DNA from: a virus | Strand: one strand, 5' to 3' | Virus record (IMG/VR): IMGVR_UViG_3300017917_003053 | Span: 1-64,000 of that record | Length of the DNA stretch: 64,000 nucleotides | Part shown: in pieces, positions 28,810-38,135 of the stretch | How positions within the stretch are numbered: the first letter of the stretch is position 1 | Layout of the letters: each line of letters begins with the position of its first letter | Position numbers and translations under genes: made by a program | The notes under the pieces: model-generated | Told to the model about the DNA's origin: nothing | The model's input: only the letters and a program-made list of their open reading frames with translations | The model's database searches: none

Positions 28810-31470
28810 ATGAAGTTGGCTGATCGCGTTATTGAGACTCATAGTGCTGGTATTCAGAGTGCGTCGGGTTTTACGATTGCTCAAACCAGTAAAATGTTTA
28901 AGATTCTGTCGGACTCTCTTTATTCCGACAAGGTTATGGCAGTTATTCGTGAACTGTCTACTAATGCTTATGACAGTCATATCAGTGCTGGCAATAAGAA
29001 TCCTTTTAAGGTGACGTTGCCTACTGCTGCTAATCCTAATTTTATTGTGCGTGACTATGGCACAGGTCTTAGTCAGGCAGATATGGAGAACCTGTATACT
29101 ACTTATGGTGCTTCTAACAAAAATGACAGCAACGATTTTGTTGGTTGTCTTGGTCTAGGGTCTAAGAGTCCTTTTGCTTATACTAAGAGTTTTACGACCA
29201 GTTCTTATTACAACGGTCAAAAGTATACCTATATCGCCGCTATTGATGATAATGGTGTGCCTACTCTTAATCTTTTTAATGTGTGCGATACTGACGAGCC
29301 TAATGGTCTTGAAATTAGTTTTGCTGTTAAGCAGTATGACTTTAGTGAGTTTAGTCAGAAGGCTATTCGTATCTTCCATTATTTTAAGATGAAGCCGATT
29401 ATTGAGGGTGGTGTTATTCCTTCTCTCAAGGATCATGCTTATAGCAATAAGAACATTGTGATTAGTGGTGAGGGTTGGAGGGTCTGCCGACTTTCTAATA
29501 GCACCGACCATTATCCTAGCACATATCATCGTATTGATAGTGGTATTGTTGCTCTTATGGGTAATATTGCGTACCCTGTTGTTGCATCTCAACTTGTTGG
29601 TGAACAAAAAGCCGATCAACCTGAACATATTGCCAAGTGGAATAGGGCTTTTGGCAAGGCAGATATTGATAGTTGGAAGAGTTTTGTGACAGAAATTCTT
29701 AACCAGAATCTTTATCTTGAACTGGATTTTGGTATCGGGGAACTTGAGATGGATGTTTCCCGTGAAGGATTGCAGTATACCAAGGCTGTTATTAAAGCCC
29801 TTCGTGAAAAGACTCAGGGTATTTATCTTGAGATGAAGGAAGAATTTAGTAAGAAAATTGCTGCTGCAAAGACCAGAATTGAAGCGATCAGCACATATTA
29901 CCAGTTGAATGATCTTGCTGGTGGATGGGGCGTTGGTGCTTCATGGACTGATAATAAGGGCAAGGTTCATAATATCAACAGCGGCGAAGATATTGAGTAT
30001 AAGATTCCCGCAGGAAAGGCTCTGTATGTTTTCAACTACAGAAGTGCTGGGTATCGTTCTCGTCGCATGGTTTATATGACGAATCATCTTCACCACAATA
30101 CTCTTACTGGTAAGGGTGAATACTACTATAGTAGTCAGCGTAAAACTGGGCCACTTAGTTTCTTTGTATGTGATATTAAGAGCGAAGAAACAGCCAAGAA
30201 GATTGTGACTCGTTATTGCAACGAGAAGGACTGTTTTGCATATCTGATGATTGATACTAAGGATACTTCAAAGTCTAATGAGGGTTTTGACAAACTCATT
30301 GAAGATGTTGGTAGTCATAATATTCTCAAGGTCAGCGACTATAAGGACTTGATTAAGAGTAACTCTCCAAGAAACTCTGGAGTCAGAGGTTCTAAGGGTA
30401 GCGTTAGCGATCAAGATGTGTTCTTTATTGTTGGAGAGTCTAAGAATTCTGGTAAACTTAGTGTAGAATACAATGATGCTCTTAATCTCAAGACTCTTAC
30501 AAGTGACGAACTAGATGACTTTAATGATAGTGATTCTATCATTTATGTGCCTATTCTTCGTTATCAAAGCACACCAGAGTTTCCAAAGATCAAGAATATT
30601 GTATCATTGTTTAATAATGAGAATACTAAGAATCTTTTTGGGGATGTCAAGATTTATGCTATCAAGAGCAATTTTGTAGCAAAAATGACTAGTGAAGGAT
30701 ATAATCTGATTGATTTCAATACTTGGCTCAAGAAGATTCTATCAACAACAATCAAAGACTATTTCAATAATACTAATGAGTATAACTCTATTGTTGAATT
30801 CTACAAAAAGGAATTTATCACTAGGGATGACGAACAATATAGTCATTACTGGAATCATGGTACATTGGTTAATCAGTTCTCTTGTCATATGTTGAGTATT
30901 TTTGGTCTTGATTATAAGAACTATATCCAGAATACTGAACTGTGCAATATTATTGACAATTTTCTTGTTATGGAATTTTTTGCTGATACTGTTCACAGAC
31001 CGACTTTTGATCTAAACTTATTCACTCAGGCTGAGTATTTTAATCATATTAATACTTTGCTAAAAGATAGAGGTATTGATAATCTTGATAGCAAGGAACT
31101 TAAGAAGAAAAATGTACAATACAATACTCTTGTCAATAAGATTGAGCATGAGATGTTTGACCATTCTGATGATATTGAATCGTATATCAAATTGTTTAAG
31201 TCTGGGACTAAAGCAACCAAGCATAAGTTGACTAAGGTGGCGGACTTGAAGAAAATTCTTAAAGTTGAGGTTGACAAGAACCCGATGTTGAAGTATATTA
31301 TGGGAACCAACCAGAATAAGGGCAATCTTAGAGATTTGGATAGCAAGAACAATCCTATCTCTCAATTTGGCGACTCTTACTATGGTAAGAAAAATAATAC
31401 TTGGATTGAGAGTATGGATAGTGATAAGGTTGAGTTGTTTAAGATTCAGTTGAGTAGTCTTATTAAGTAA
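28810..31470 (+). CDS. rIIA: rIIA-like protein (N-terminal GHKL ATPase)
   Basis: ILSDSLYSDK..VIRELSTNAYDSH, RDYGTGLS, GCLGLGSKSPFAY, SREGL; followed by rIIB. Confidence 0.9.
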   Translation: MKLADRVIETHSAGIQSASGFTIAQTSKMFKILSDSLYSDKVMAVIRELSTNAYDSHISAGNKNPFKVTLPTAANPNFIVRDYGTGLSQADMENLYTTYGASNKNDSNDFVGCLGLGSKSPFAYTKSFTTSSYYNGQKYTYIAAIDDNGVPTLNLFNVCDTDEPNGLEISFAVKQYDFSEFSQKAIRIFHYFKMKPIIEGGVIPSLKDHAYSNKNIVISGEGWRVCRLSNSTDHYPSTYHRIDSGIVALMGNIAYPVVASQLVGEQKADQPEHIAKWNRAFGKADIDSWKSFVTEILNQNLYLELDFGIGELEMDVSREGLQYTKAVIKALREKTQGIYLEMKEEFSKKIAAAKTRIEAISTYYQLNDLAGGWGVGASWTDNKGKVHNINSGEDIEYKIPAGKALYVFNYRSAGYRSRRMVYMTNHLHHNTLTGKGEYYYSSQRKTGPLSFFVCDIKSEETAKKIVTRYCNEKDCFAYLMIDTKDTSKSNEGFDKLIEDVGSHNILKVSDYKDLIKSNSPRNSGVRGSKGSVSDQDVFFIVGESKNSGKLSVEYNDALNLKTLTSDELDDFNDSDSIIYVPILRYQSTPEFPKIKNIVSLFNNENTKNLFGDVKIYAIKSNFVAKMTSEGYNLIDFNTWLKKILSTTIKDYFNNTNEYNSIVEFYKKEFITRDDEQYSHYWNHGTLVNQFSCHMLSIFGLDYKNYIQNTELCNIIDNFLVMEFFADTVHRPTFDLNLFTQAEYFNHINTLLKDRGIDNLDSKELKKKNVQYNTLVNKIEHEMFDHSDDIESYIKLFKSGTKATKHKLTKVADLKKILKVEVDKNPMLKYIMGTNQNKGNLRDLDSKNNPISQFGDSYYGKKNNTWIESMDSDKVELFKIQLSSLIK

Positions 31471-31499
31471 ATTTCACAGGTAACAAAGGAGTTATAATT

Positions 31500-32372
31500 A
31501 TGGCTGTTCCATTTATGTTCGTTGATGGCAACCTTACGGTTGTTCTGAATAATAAGAGTTATCAGGTTCTTCCTGACCACATTAACTATAAGATGATTCT
31601 GGAAGCACTTCCTACAGCAACCGCTGATGAACTGCTAAAGATTGTTGATGTAGAAAAGGCAGTCGCCGCATTTAGCGACGGTCTTGTTGAGATTAAGAAT
31701 GGCAAGGTTTACTACGAGGGTGATGAAGTTCATGGCAGTATTAGTAAGCGTATTCTAGAGTTTATGAGTAAGGGTCTGCCTTTCCAGCCTCTTGTCACAT
31801 TCCTAAATAACCTTATGACAAATCCTAGTATGCAGAGTCAGAAGGAACTTTATGATTTCCTTGAGCATGAGCATCTGCCTATTACTGAGGATGGTCATTT
31901 TCTTGCCTATAAGGCAGTCAGGAATGACTACATGGATAAGTATCGCGGAATTTTCGACAACCATGTTGGAAATGTTTGCGAAATGACACGATCAAAGGTT
32001 GACGATGATCGTGGCCGAGGTTGTTCTAATGGACTTCATGCTGGTGCATTGAATTATGTTGCTGGTTATGGTAGTCTTGAGGCTGGCGATAAGATCGTCA
32101 TTGTCAAGATTAATCCCCGTGATGTTGTGAGTGTTCCTAGTGATTGTAATTTTGAGAAACTTCGCACTTGCCGATATGAAGTAGTCGGAGAGTATCAAGG
32201 CGAACTTCTCAAGCCACTTTATTCGGCTAGTCTAGATAATGGTGTTGAATATGACTATGACGATGAAGAGGAATATGATAACGATTATGATTGGGGATGG
32301 AATGATGAAGAAGAAGATATTGATGATGAATACTATGAAGATGATGAGGAAGATTACGACGATTATAACTAA
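31500..32372 (+). CDS. rIIB: rIIB-like protein
   Basis: PITEDGHFLAYKAV, CSNGLH, VKINPRDVVSVP.D, KLRTCRYEV; acidic tail. Confidence 0.92.
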   Translation: MAVPFMFVDGNLTVVLNNKSYQVLPDHINYKMILEALPTATADELLKIVDVEKAVAAFSDGLVEIKNGKVYYEGDEVHGSISKRILEFMSKGLPFQPLVTFLNNLMTNPSMQSQKELYDFLEHEHLPITEDGHFLAYKAVRNDYMDKYRGIFDNHVGNVCEMTRSKVDDDRGRGCSNGLHAGALNYVAGYGSLEAGDKIVIVKINPRDVVSVPSDCNFEKLRTCRYEVVGEYQGELLKPLYSASLDNGVEYDYDDEEEYDNDYDWGWNDEEEDIDDEYYEDDEEDYDDYN

Positions 32373-32384
32373 TCGTTGAAATGA

Positions 32385-32440
32385 AGATGGGCTGCTGGTG
32401 CGGATACTAGTTATTGATTGGTTCGATTCCAATCCTATCT
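32385..32440 (+). ncRNA. 56-nt tRNA-like element lacking one arm
   Basis: 7-bp stem AGATGGG/CCTATCT, one internal hairpin GCTGGT-GCGGAT-ACTAGT, canonical T arm ATTGG-TTCGATT-CCAAT. Confidence 0.55.
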
Positions 32441-32508
32441 TTTTGCTGATTATGATAGTAATGGGGTTGCTATCCCGGCATGGTTAATTAATTACAGGAA
32501 TAAGAATT

Positions 32509-33654
32509 ATGTTTAATGGAAATCTTGGGTTTAATCCTTATAGCAAGACTAACGACGTTTGGAATCAAAATGATTGTCAAACGAGAGGAAAGTTCATCAA
32601 CTCTTTTGGTGGTCAGCAAATTTATTGTTACAATGGTAATCCTCGTAAGAAGATTAGTAGCATGGCTCATACAGACAATCTAACCACAGCGGTTCATGCT
32701 AATCTGAATAACGACTCAGATGTTTACTTTTATGTAAATGGTGGACGAAAGCAGTATGCTATTAATGAGGTACGAGCCTGTTTCGTTGATATTGATGCTG
32801 GACGAGATACTAATGGAAATTATCTACCTTCTAAAGAAGTGATGGCTAAGAAGCAAGAGTTTCTTGACAAGATCAACAACTTTCCTGTTAAACCTAGTTG
32901 GGTAGTTGATACTCGTAATGGTTATCAGGTTTATTGGGTTCTTGATAAAATTAGCAGACAGTCTCTTAATAAGACTCGCTGGAATGGTATTCAGAAGAAA
33001 CTGGTAAATTACTTTGGTGGAGATGCAAGAGCCATCAAGATTAATCAGATTTATCGTGTTCCTTATACTTGGTGGCGTAAGTGCTGGGAGAAGAAGGCTC
33101 CTTATTACTCTACTATTCTTCAAGGATCAACTGGTCAAACAGTTAATGTTAAAGATTTGATTGAGGCGTTAACTGGTCAACCAGCAACAGTTAATATTGT
33201 TCCTAACTCAACAAGTGATGCTTGGTTTGACCAATGGAGAAAGAAATATAAGCAGTCTGATATTACAGGAGTTCCTGTCTCTCATAATGCTGCTGCTGAT
33301 ATTTGTAGAGCACTATCTGGTCAGGATTGTGGTCAAAAGAATAGTGTTAGTATCAATTCTAACAAGATTTGGTCTGATTTTACTGTTGATGATAATGGCG
33401 AATATACCACAATTGATGTTACCAACCTTGGAAGAATTTACGAAAAGACTTATGGTGATCCGTCGCCAGTGCTTCCCTCTCATGCTGGTAACGGCCATTT
33501 AGATTTGAGTGAGTCCCAGGCCAAACTTTTAAAAACGGTGGTCGAGTACCTCAACCAAGCGTCTACAGCGTTGTATTTCAGCAACAACCGATTCCTTTCT
33601 GGTGCTGCCCGTGATCTGGCAAATCAGATTAGCGATCAATTCTGTATTGGATAA
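32509..33654 (+). CDS. RepB-like DNA primase (AEP superfamily) domain protein
   Basis: ACFVDIDAG (DxD), PSWVVDTRNGYQVYW, GGD...IYRVPYT. Confidence 0.75.
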   Translation: MFNGNLGFNPYSKTNDVWNQNDCQTRGKFINSFGGQQIYCYNGNPRKKISSMAHTDNLTTAVHANLNNDSDVYFYVNGGRKQYAINEVRACFVDIDAGRDTNGNYLPSKEVMAKKQEFLDKINNFPVKPSWVVDTRNGYQVYWVLDKISRQSLNKTRWNGIQKKLVNYFGGDARAIKINQIYRVPYTWWRKCWEKKAPYYSTILQGSTGQTVNVKDLIEALTGQPATVNIVPNSTSDAWFDQWRKKYKQSDITGVPVSHNAAADICRALSGQDCGQKNSVSINSNKIWSDFTVDDNGEYTTIDVTNLGRIYEKTYGDPSPVLPSHAGNGHLDLSESQAKLLKTVVEYLNQASTALYFSNNRFLSGAARDLANQISDQFCIG

Positions 33655-34447
33655 TTATGCACGAACCTTACGATGATGATATGTCTGACGATCCTTATAA
33701 GTTTTACTTTCAGTTTGATACTGAATGGATAGCAAAGTATATTGATGAGATAGTCAAGAAGTTGTCGGAGTCAGGTTGGGATTATAAAATAACTAATATA
33801 GAAGGATTTCCATACAAATCGTTACCTGTGAATAGTTGGCTCTCCAGTACAGCGGGGGATAAAAACTCCCTGTACTTGGGGAACAACTATTGGAATGAAG
33901 GAGTATGGAAAAAACAACATTTTATAACAGATAAATTACAAAACGAATATGTATTACATTTACAATCTAACGCTGGGTATTTTTTACGCCAGCCTAAATA
34001 TTATAAGGGACTTTACGAAATACTTAACTAGGATATATTATGGATTTTACCAATGATGAATGGTTCGTAGTCAAAGATATAGACGGTTTTATAAACTCGT
34101 CTAGAGCATTAGTATTTAATGGGTTTGGTAAAACTAAGGAACAAAGCAAGGAAATATTAGATATAGAGATTGATGATAAGGATCAAGAAGAATTAGATAA
34201 AGTTCTATCGTTCAATGAATCCAAAATTATTATAATTGATATTCTAGAAAAAGAATACCATAAGAATTCTAAAATCAAATATTTATTGAATGATAATTTG
34301 TTTATCAAGATAATAGAATCTCTAAACGACCGAATGACTAGCAATATTTTAAATAGTCTGGTCAATAGAGGCTTAGTGGAAACAGCATACGACGCAGAGC
34401 AAGATGATTTTGTTTTTTGGATTAAAGATCAACAATTGGAGTAAACA

Positions 34448-35338
34448 ATGGCAAATTCTATCAGACCTACACAGTTTTCAGACATTATTGGACAATCAGA
34501 CGTAATTAATAGACTCAATATTATTATTTCTGGATGCAAAATTACTAATAGCGTAGTACCTCATATATTAATTGACGGTCCTCCTGGCCTTGGTAAAACA
34601 ACTATTGCTAGTGCTATTGCAAATGAACTAAATGTAAATCTGCACACTCTTAACGCAGCAAGTATTAGAAGTGCTAAGAATATTGTTCCATACCTTATGG
34701 GTATCGCCCCAAGGTCTATTCTTTTCATAGACGAAATCCATAGACTGCCTAAGTTAGTAGAAGAATTTTTGTATCCTGTAATGGAAGATTTTGTTCTAAC
34801 TTTATCAGATAAAGACGATCAAGAAATCGTAGAGTTGCCCATGTTCACTTTTGTTGGGGCAACAACTAGTGGAGGTAGTTTAAGTCAACCTTTTTATGAT
34901 AGATTTTCTATCAAAGAACATTTGTCTTTTTATAATGATGATGAGTTAGCCAAACTAGCAGGATTGAACGCCAAAAAGTTCGGACTAAATGTTTCAGAGG
35001 ATGATCTATTAGAGATTGCCAAAAGAAGCAAAGGAACTCCTCGCATCCTTAATGCCAGACTACAATGGTACAGAAATTGTGTACTCACACAAAAGAGTAG
35101 TATGTCCGTAGATGAAATTTTTACTATCCAAGGCATAGACTCTAACGGATTTGATATTTATGATCGTTCATACATTAGTGTTCTAAAAAAGAATATTGGC
35201 AATCCTCTTGGTCTGAAAAGTATTTCATCAATAACAGGCATCGCTATAGACACCATCGAAAATAGTATAGAGCCTTTTTTACTCAGAAAAGGATTCATAC
35301 AGAAAACAAGCAAGGGAAGGGTTTTAGGTAAAGTATGA
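34448..35338 (+). CDS. ruvB: Holliday junction branch migration helicase RuvB
   Basis: RP..F.D.IGQ, GPPGLGKTT, FIDEIHRL, GATT, DRF, GTPRI, EPFL..GFIQKT.KGR. Confidence 0.93.
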   Translation: MANSIRPTQFSDIIGQSDVINRLNIIISGCKITNSVVPHILIDGPPGLGKTTIASAIANELNVNLHTLNAASIRSAKNIVPYLMGIAPRSILFIDEIHRLPKLVEEFLYPVMEDFVLTLSDKDDQEIVELPMFTFVGATTSGGSLSQPFYDRFSIKEHLSFYNDDELAKLAGLNAKKFGLNVSEDDLLEIAKRSKGTPRILNARLQWYRNCVLTQKSSMSVDEIFTIQGIDSNGFDIYDRSYISVLKKNIGNPLGLKSISSITGIAIDTIENSIEPFLLRKGFIQKTSKGRVLGKV

Positions 35339-35655
35339 CTATAAAAAATATAGATATTATCCATATAGTATTAATTATTCTAAATATAGCCTTTTTTCTT
35401 TTTGGTTATATTTTAGGTCGATTAAATAATACCAATGGTGTATATCATAGTCAGAATAATACCCAATCCTTTTTCACAAAACATAAAACCCAAGAGCAGG
35501 ACAGTAACAAAAAAATTGATATTGACTCTACAAAAGTAGTGATAGATATCAAAACGGACAATATGCAAAAAAAATATGATAATCTTGGAGAAACCAAACA
35601 AAGTAACGAACAAATATCTTCAGCAATAAATAAACTAAAAAATATGAGGGGATAA
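35335..35655 (+). CDS. single-pass membrane protein preceding the actin-like gene
   Basis: N-terminal TM IIHIVLIILNIAFFLFGYILG; basic, possibly amphipathic C-terminus. Confidence 0.75.
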   Translation: MTIKNIDIIHIVLIILNIAFFLFGYILGRLNNTNGVYHSQNNTQSFFTKHKTQEQDSNKKIDIDSTKVVIDIKTDNMQKKYDNLGETKQSNEQISSAINKLKNMRG

Positions 35656-35656
35656 T

Positions 35657-36658
35657 ATGGCAAAAGGTTTAGATGTAGGCACAAGTTTTATAGTACTTTC
35701 TTCAGATTCTGAGAATGGTGTGATCTATAAAGATTTCAGAGATGCTTTTTATATTATTAAACCTACAACACCAGTAGCCACAAAAATGATTGAAAAAGGA
35801 TTATCTGGTAAAATCTTTATTAAAGATGCTGACGGATCATTTATTCTCTTAGGCAAAGACGCTATAGAGAAAGCCATAGAAAGAAATGATACAGCCAAAA
35901 GACCCATGTTTAAAGGCGTAGTGTCAGCAAAAGAAAAAGACGCAAAAAGAATCTTAGCATTTATACTGAAGGAAGTAGCGGGTCAAGCATCAGAACCAGA
36001 TGAAAAACTAGTCTTTTGCGTTCCTGCTCAACCAGTTGACCAAGAAGATGAAGATTTTGATGTCGGGTATCATGAAGACGTAGTAAAAACTATTTTAGCA
36101 GAATGTGGTTATGATGCAAAAGCAATCAATGAAGCAGAAGCATTATGTTATGCTGAATTAGAAGATACAGATTATACTGGAATAGGTATTAGTTGTGGTG
36201 CTGGAATGACAAATGTTTGCGTCATGTTAAACGGTGAACCTACTGTGGTTTTTAGCACAACCAAGTCAGGAGACTGGATTGACCGTATGAGTGCTGTGGC
36301 GACCGGAGAGCCTGACAGTGTTGTTCAAGCAGAGAAAGAGGGCGGGAACTTTAAAATAGGTGAACCTAACGAAAATCCAGTATTAGCAGCAGTATCTGCT
36401 TACTATGATAGACTCATTGATTATACAACAAAACAATTAAGTTCTGCTTTAACAGGACATAAACTTTTACCAAAATTTAAAGACCCTCTGAATATTGTTG
36501 TTGCTGGAGGGACATCACAGGCTAATGGATATATAGAAAAATTTGCAGAAAAATTGAAAGATAATAATTTCCCCTTGGCTGTTAAGGAAATCAAACACGC
36601 AGCAGATCCATTACACGCTGTTTCAAAAGGGTGCCTAATAGCGTCAAAAGTTTTATAA
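35657..36658 (+). CDS. actin-like ATPase (MreB/MamK/Mad28/Salactin-like)
   Basis: Phosphate-1 GLDVGTS, connect-1 INEAEA, phosphate-2 ISCGAGMTN, adenosine VVAGGTS, connect-2 PLHAVSKG. Confidence 0.88.
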   Translation: MAKGLDVGTSFIVLSSDSENGVIYKDFRDAFYIIKPTTPVATKMIEKGLSGKIFIKDADGSFILLGKDAIEKAIERNDTAKRPMFKGVVSAKEKDAKRILAFILKEVAGQASEPDEKLVFCVPAQPVDQEDEDFDVGYHEDVVKTILAECGYDAKAINEAEALCYAELEDTDYTGIGISCGAGMTNVCVMLNGEPTVVFSTTKSGDWIDRMSAVATGEPDSVVQAEKEGGNFKIGEPNENPVLAAVSAYYDRLIDYTTKQLSSALTGHKLLPKFKDPLNIVVAGGTSQANGYIEKFAEKLKDNNFPLAVKEIKHAADPLHAVSKGCLIASKVL

Positions 36659-36682
36659 ACCTTTTTCACGAAGGATCGTACA

Positions 36683-37489
36683 ATGAGACAATTCATGATA
36701 TTTTTATGCTTGTTTTTTGTCTCATACAGTATAGTTCTTGGAGGAACAAGACATCCTCATACTCCAGACTCAAGACATCTTGAATACGGTAAAAAATTTA
36801 AGTGTGTTGCTAAATTAGCCGGAACATATAAAGATAAAAAATATTATGAAGCATCTTCTGTCATAATTCGACCAAAAGTTATATTGACAGCAGCACACGT
36901 TGTATCCAATAGTCAAGAATGTTATGTGGTCCTTAATGACAATAGAATTTATTTGAATAAAATTATTATTCCCAAAGACTTTAAAGAACATGCTTTTGGC
37001 TTAAATGATATAGCAATAGGATTTACATCTGAAGATATGAAACAAGATTTTTATCCAGAGTTATATACAGATAGAGATGAAGTCGGCAAAGTGGTTTCTG
37101 TTGCAGGATTTGGAGTATATGGAACATTTGATACTGGAGCAACAGATGTTGATGTTCAAAGAAGGGCAGGGTCAAATGTTGTAGATTATATTGATCAAGG
37201 ATTATTAATATGTAAACCAGATGATCAAAACAGAACATCTTTAGAATTTTTAATTGCAAGCGGAGATAGTGGAGGTGGATTGTTTATAGCTAAAAAAATA
37301 GCAGGAATTAATTCTTGTGTTATGGCTTCAGACAAAATAACTAATTCGTCATATACTGACGAGTCTGGACACACAAGGGTCAGCGACCATGCAGAATGGA
37401 TAGAAAAAATTATTGCCCTTGAGACAGAAGGACTTGACAAAGAACTGCCTTCTGCTACAATAGTATTGAATACTCTACAAAGTAAATAG
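36683..37489 (+). CDS. secreted trypsin-like (S1) serine protease
   Basis: Signal peptide-like N-terminus; LTAAHV, NDIAI and GDSGGG triad motifs. Confidence 0.9.
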   Translation: MRQFMIFLCLFFVSYSIVLGGTRHPHTPDSRHLEYGKKFKCVAKLAGTYKDKKYYEASSVIIRPKVILTAAHVVSNSQECYVVLNDNRIYLNKIIIPKDFKEHAFGLNDIAIGFTSEDMKQDFYPELYTDRDEVGKVVSVAGFGVYGTFDTGATDVDVQRRAGSNVVDYIDQGLLICKPDDQNRTSLEFLIASGDSGGGLFIAKKIAGINSCVMASDKITNSSYTDESGHTRVSDHAEWIEKIIALETEGLDKELPSATIVLNTLQSK

Positions 37490-37883
37490 ATATTATGTAC
37501 AATAACGATTTTGAAGATAGAAAAAATTACCGTCGAGAAAAACTGTCTAATAAGAAAAAGACCTCCAAAGACCTGGATCAATCTTATAGAGACATTAAAA
37601 AGATCAAGAAAGAATATAGATCAAAAATAGAAGAGATGGAACAGGAAGAATTATGGGAAGAGTGGGAGAATGAAATACATAGAAGAAATTGATATTGGCA
37701 GTGCTTTTGCATATCAAAATAGTATTTTCATTCTTACGTCTGACTTTAAACATAATGGACAACGAAATGCTATTGACTTATCTAATGGATTGTCAAGATG
37801 GTTCGCAGGAAATACTATATGTGAGGTTATAGATTTATTTGTCTTAGACAAAAACAATAATCTCATTAAGGTAAAAACGACAC

Positions 37884-38135
37884 ATGAAACTATTATACAA
37901 AGTCAAAACATTTTGTAGATCTTTATTTTGGCATATTTGGGCAGGATTTCCAAAATCCACAAAGGAACAAATACAGTATAGATTTAATATTTGCAAAAGT
38001 TGTGATATGTTTGACGAGAAAAATAGTCAGTGTTTAGTATGTGGATGTAATTTATCTACTAAAAAGGTTTTTATGAACAAATTGGCTTGGGCAGATCAAG
38101 AATGTCCACAACAAAAATGGAGTAAGATCTCATGA
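37884..38135 (+). CDS. small Cys-rich zinc-binding protein
   Basis: RxxICxxC...CxxCGC...K...CPxxKW. Confidence 0.65.
   Translation: MKLLYKVKTFCRSLFWHIWAGFPKSTKEQIQYRFNICKSCDMFDEKNSQCLVCGCNLSTKKVFMNKLAWADQECPQQKWSKIS

Noticed and set aside
28810-29350. Hsp90, MutL or MORC-type defence ATPase call for the 886-aa protein
   Set aside because: The GHKL domain followed directly by an rIIB gene is the standard rIIA arrangement.
32240-32372. GAT/GAA-rich repeat-like DNA at the end of rIIB (also 28430-28500)
   Set aside because: Explained by low-complexity acidic protein tails, not a DNA repeat element.
32385-32440. Calling the element after rIIB a functional tRNA
   Set aside because: It has only three stems and no 7-nt anticodon loop; kept as a tRNA-like element only.
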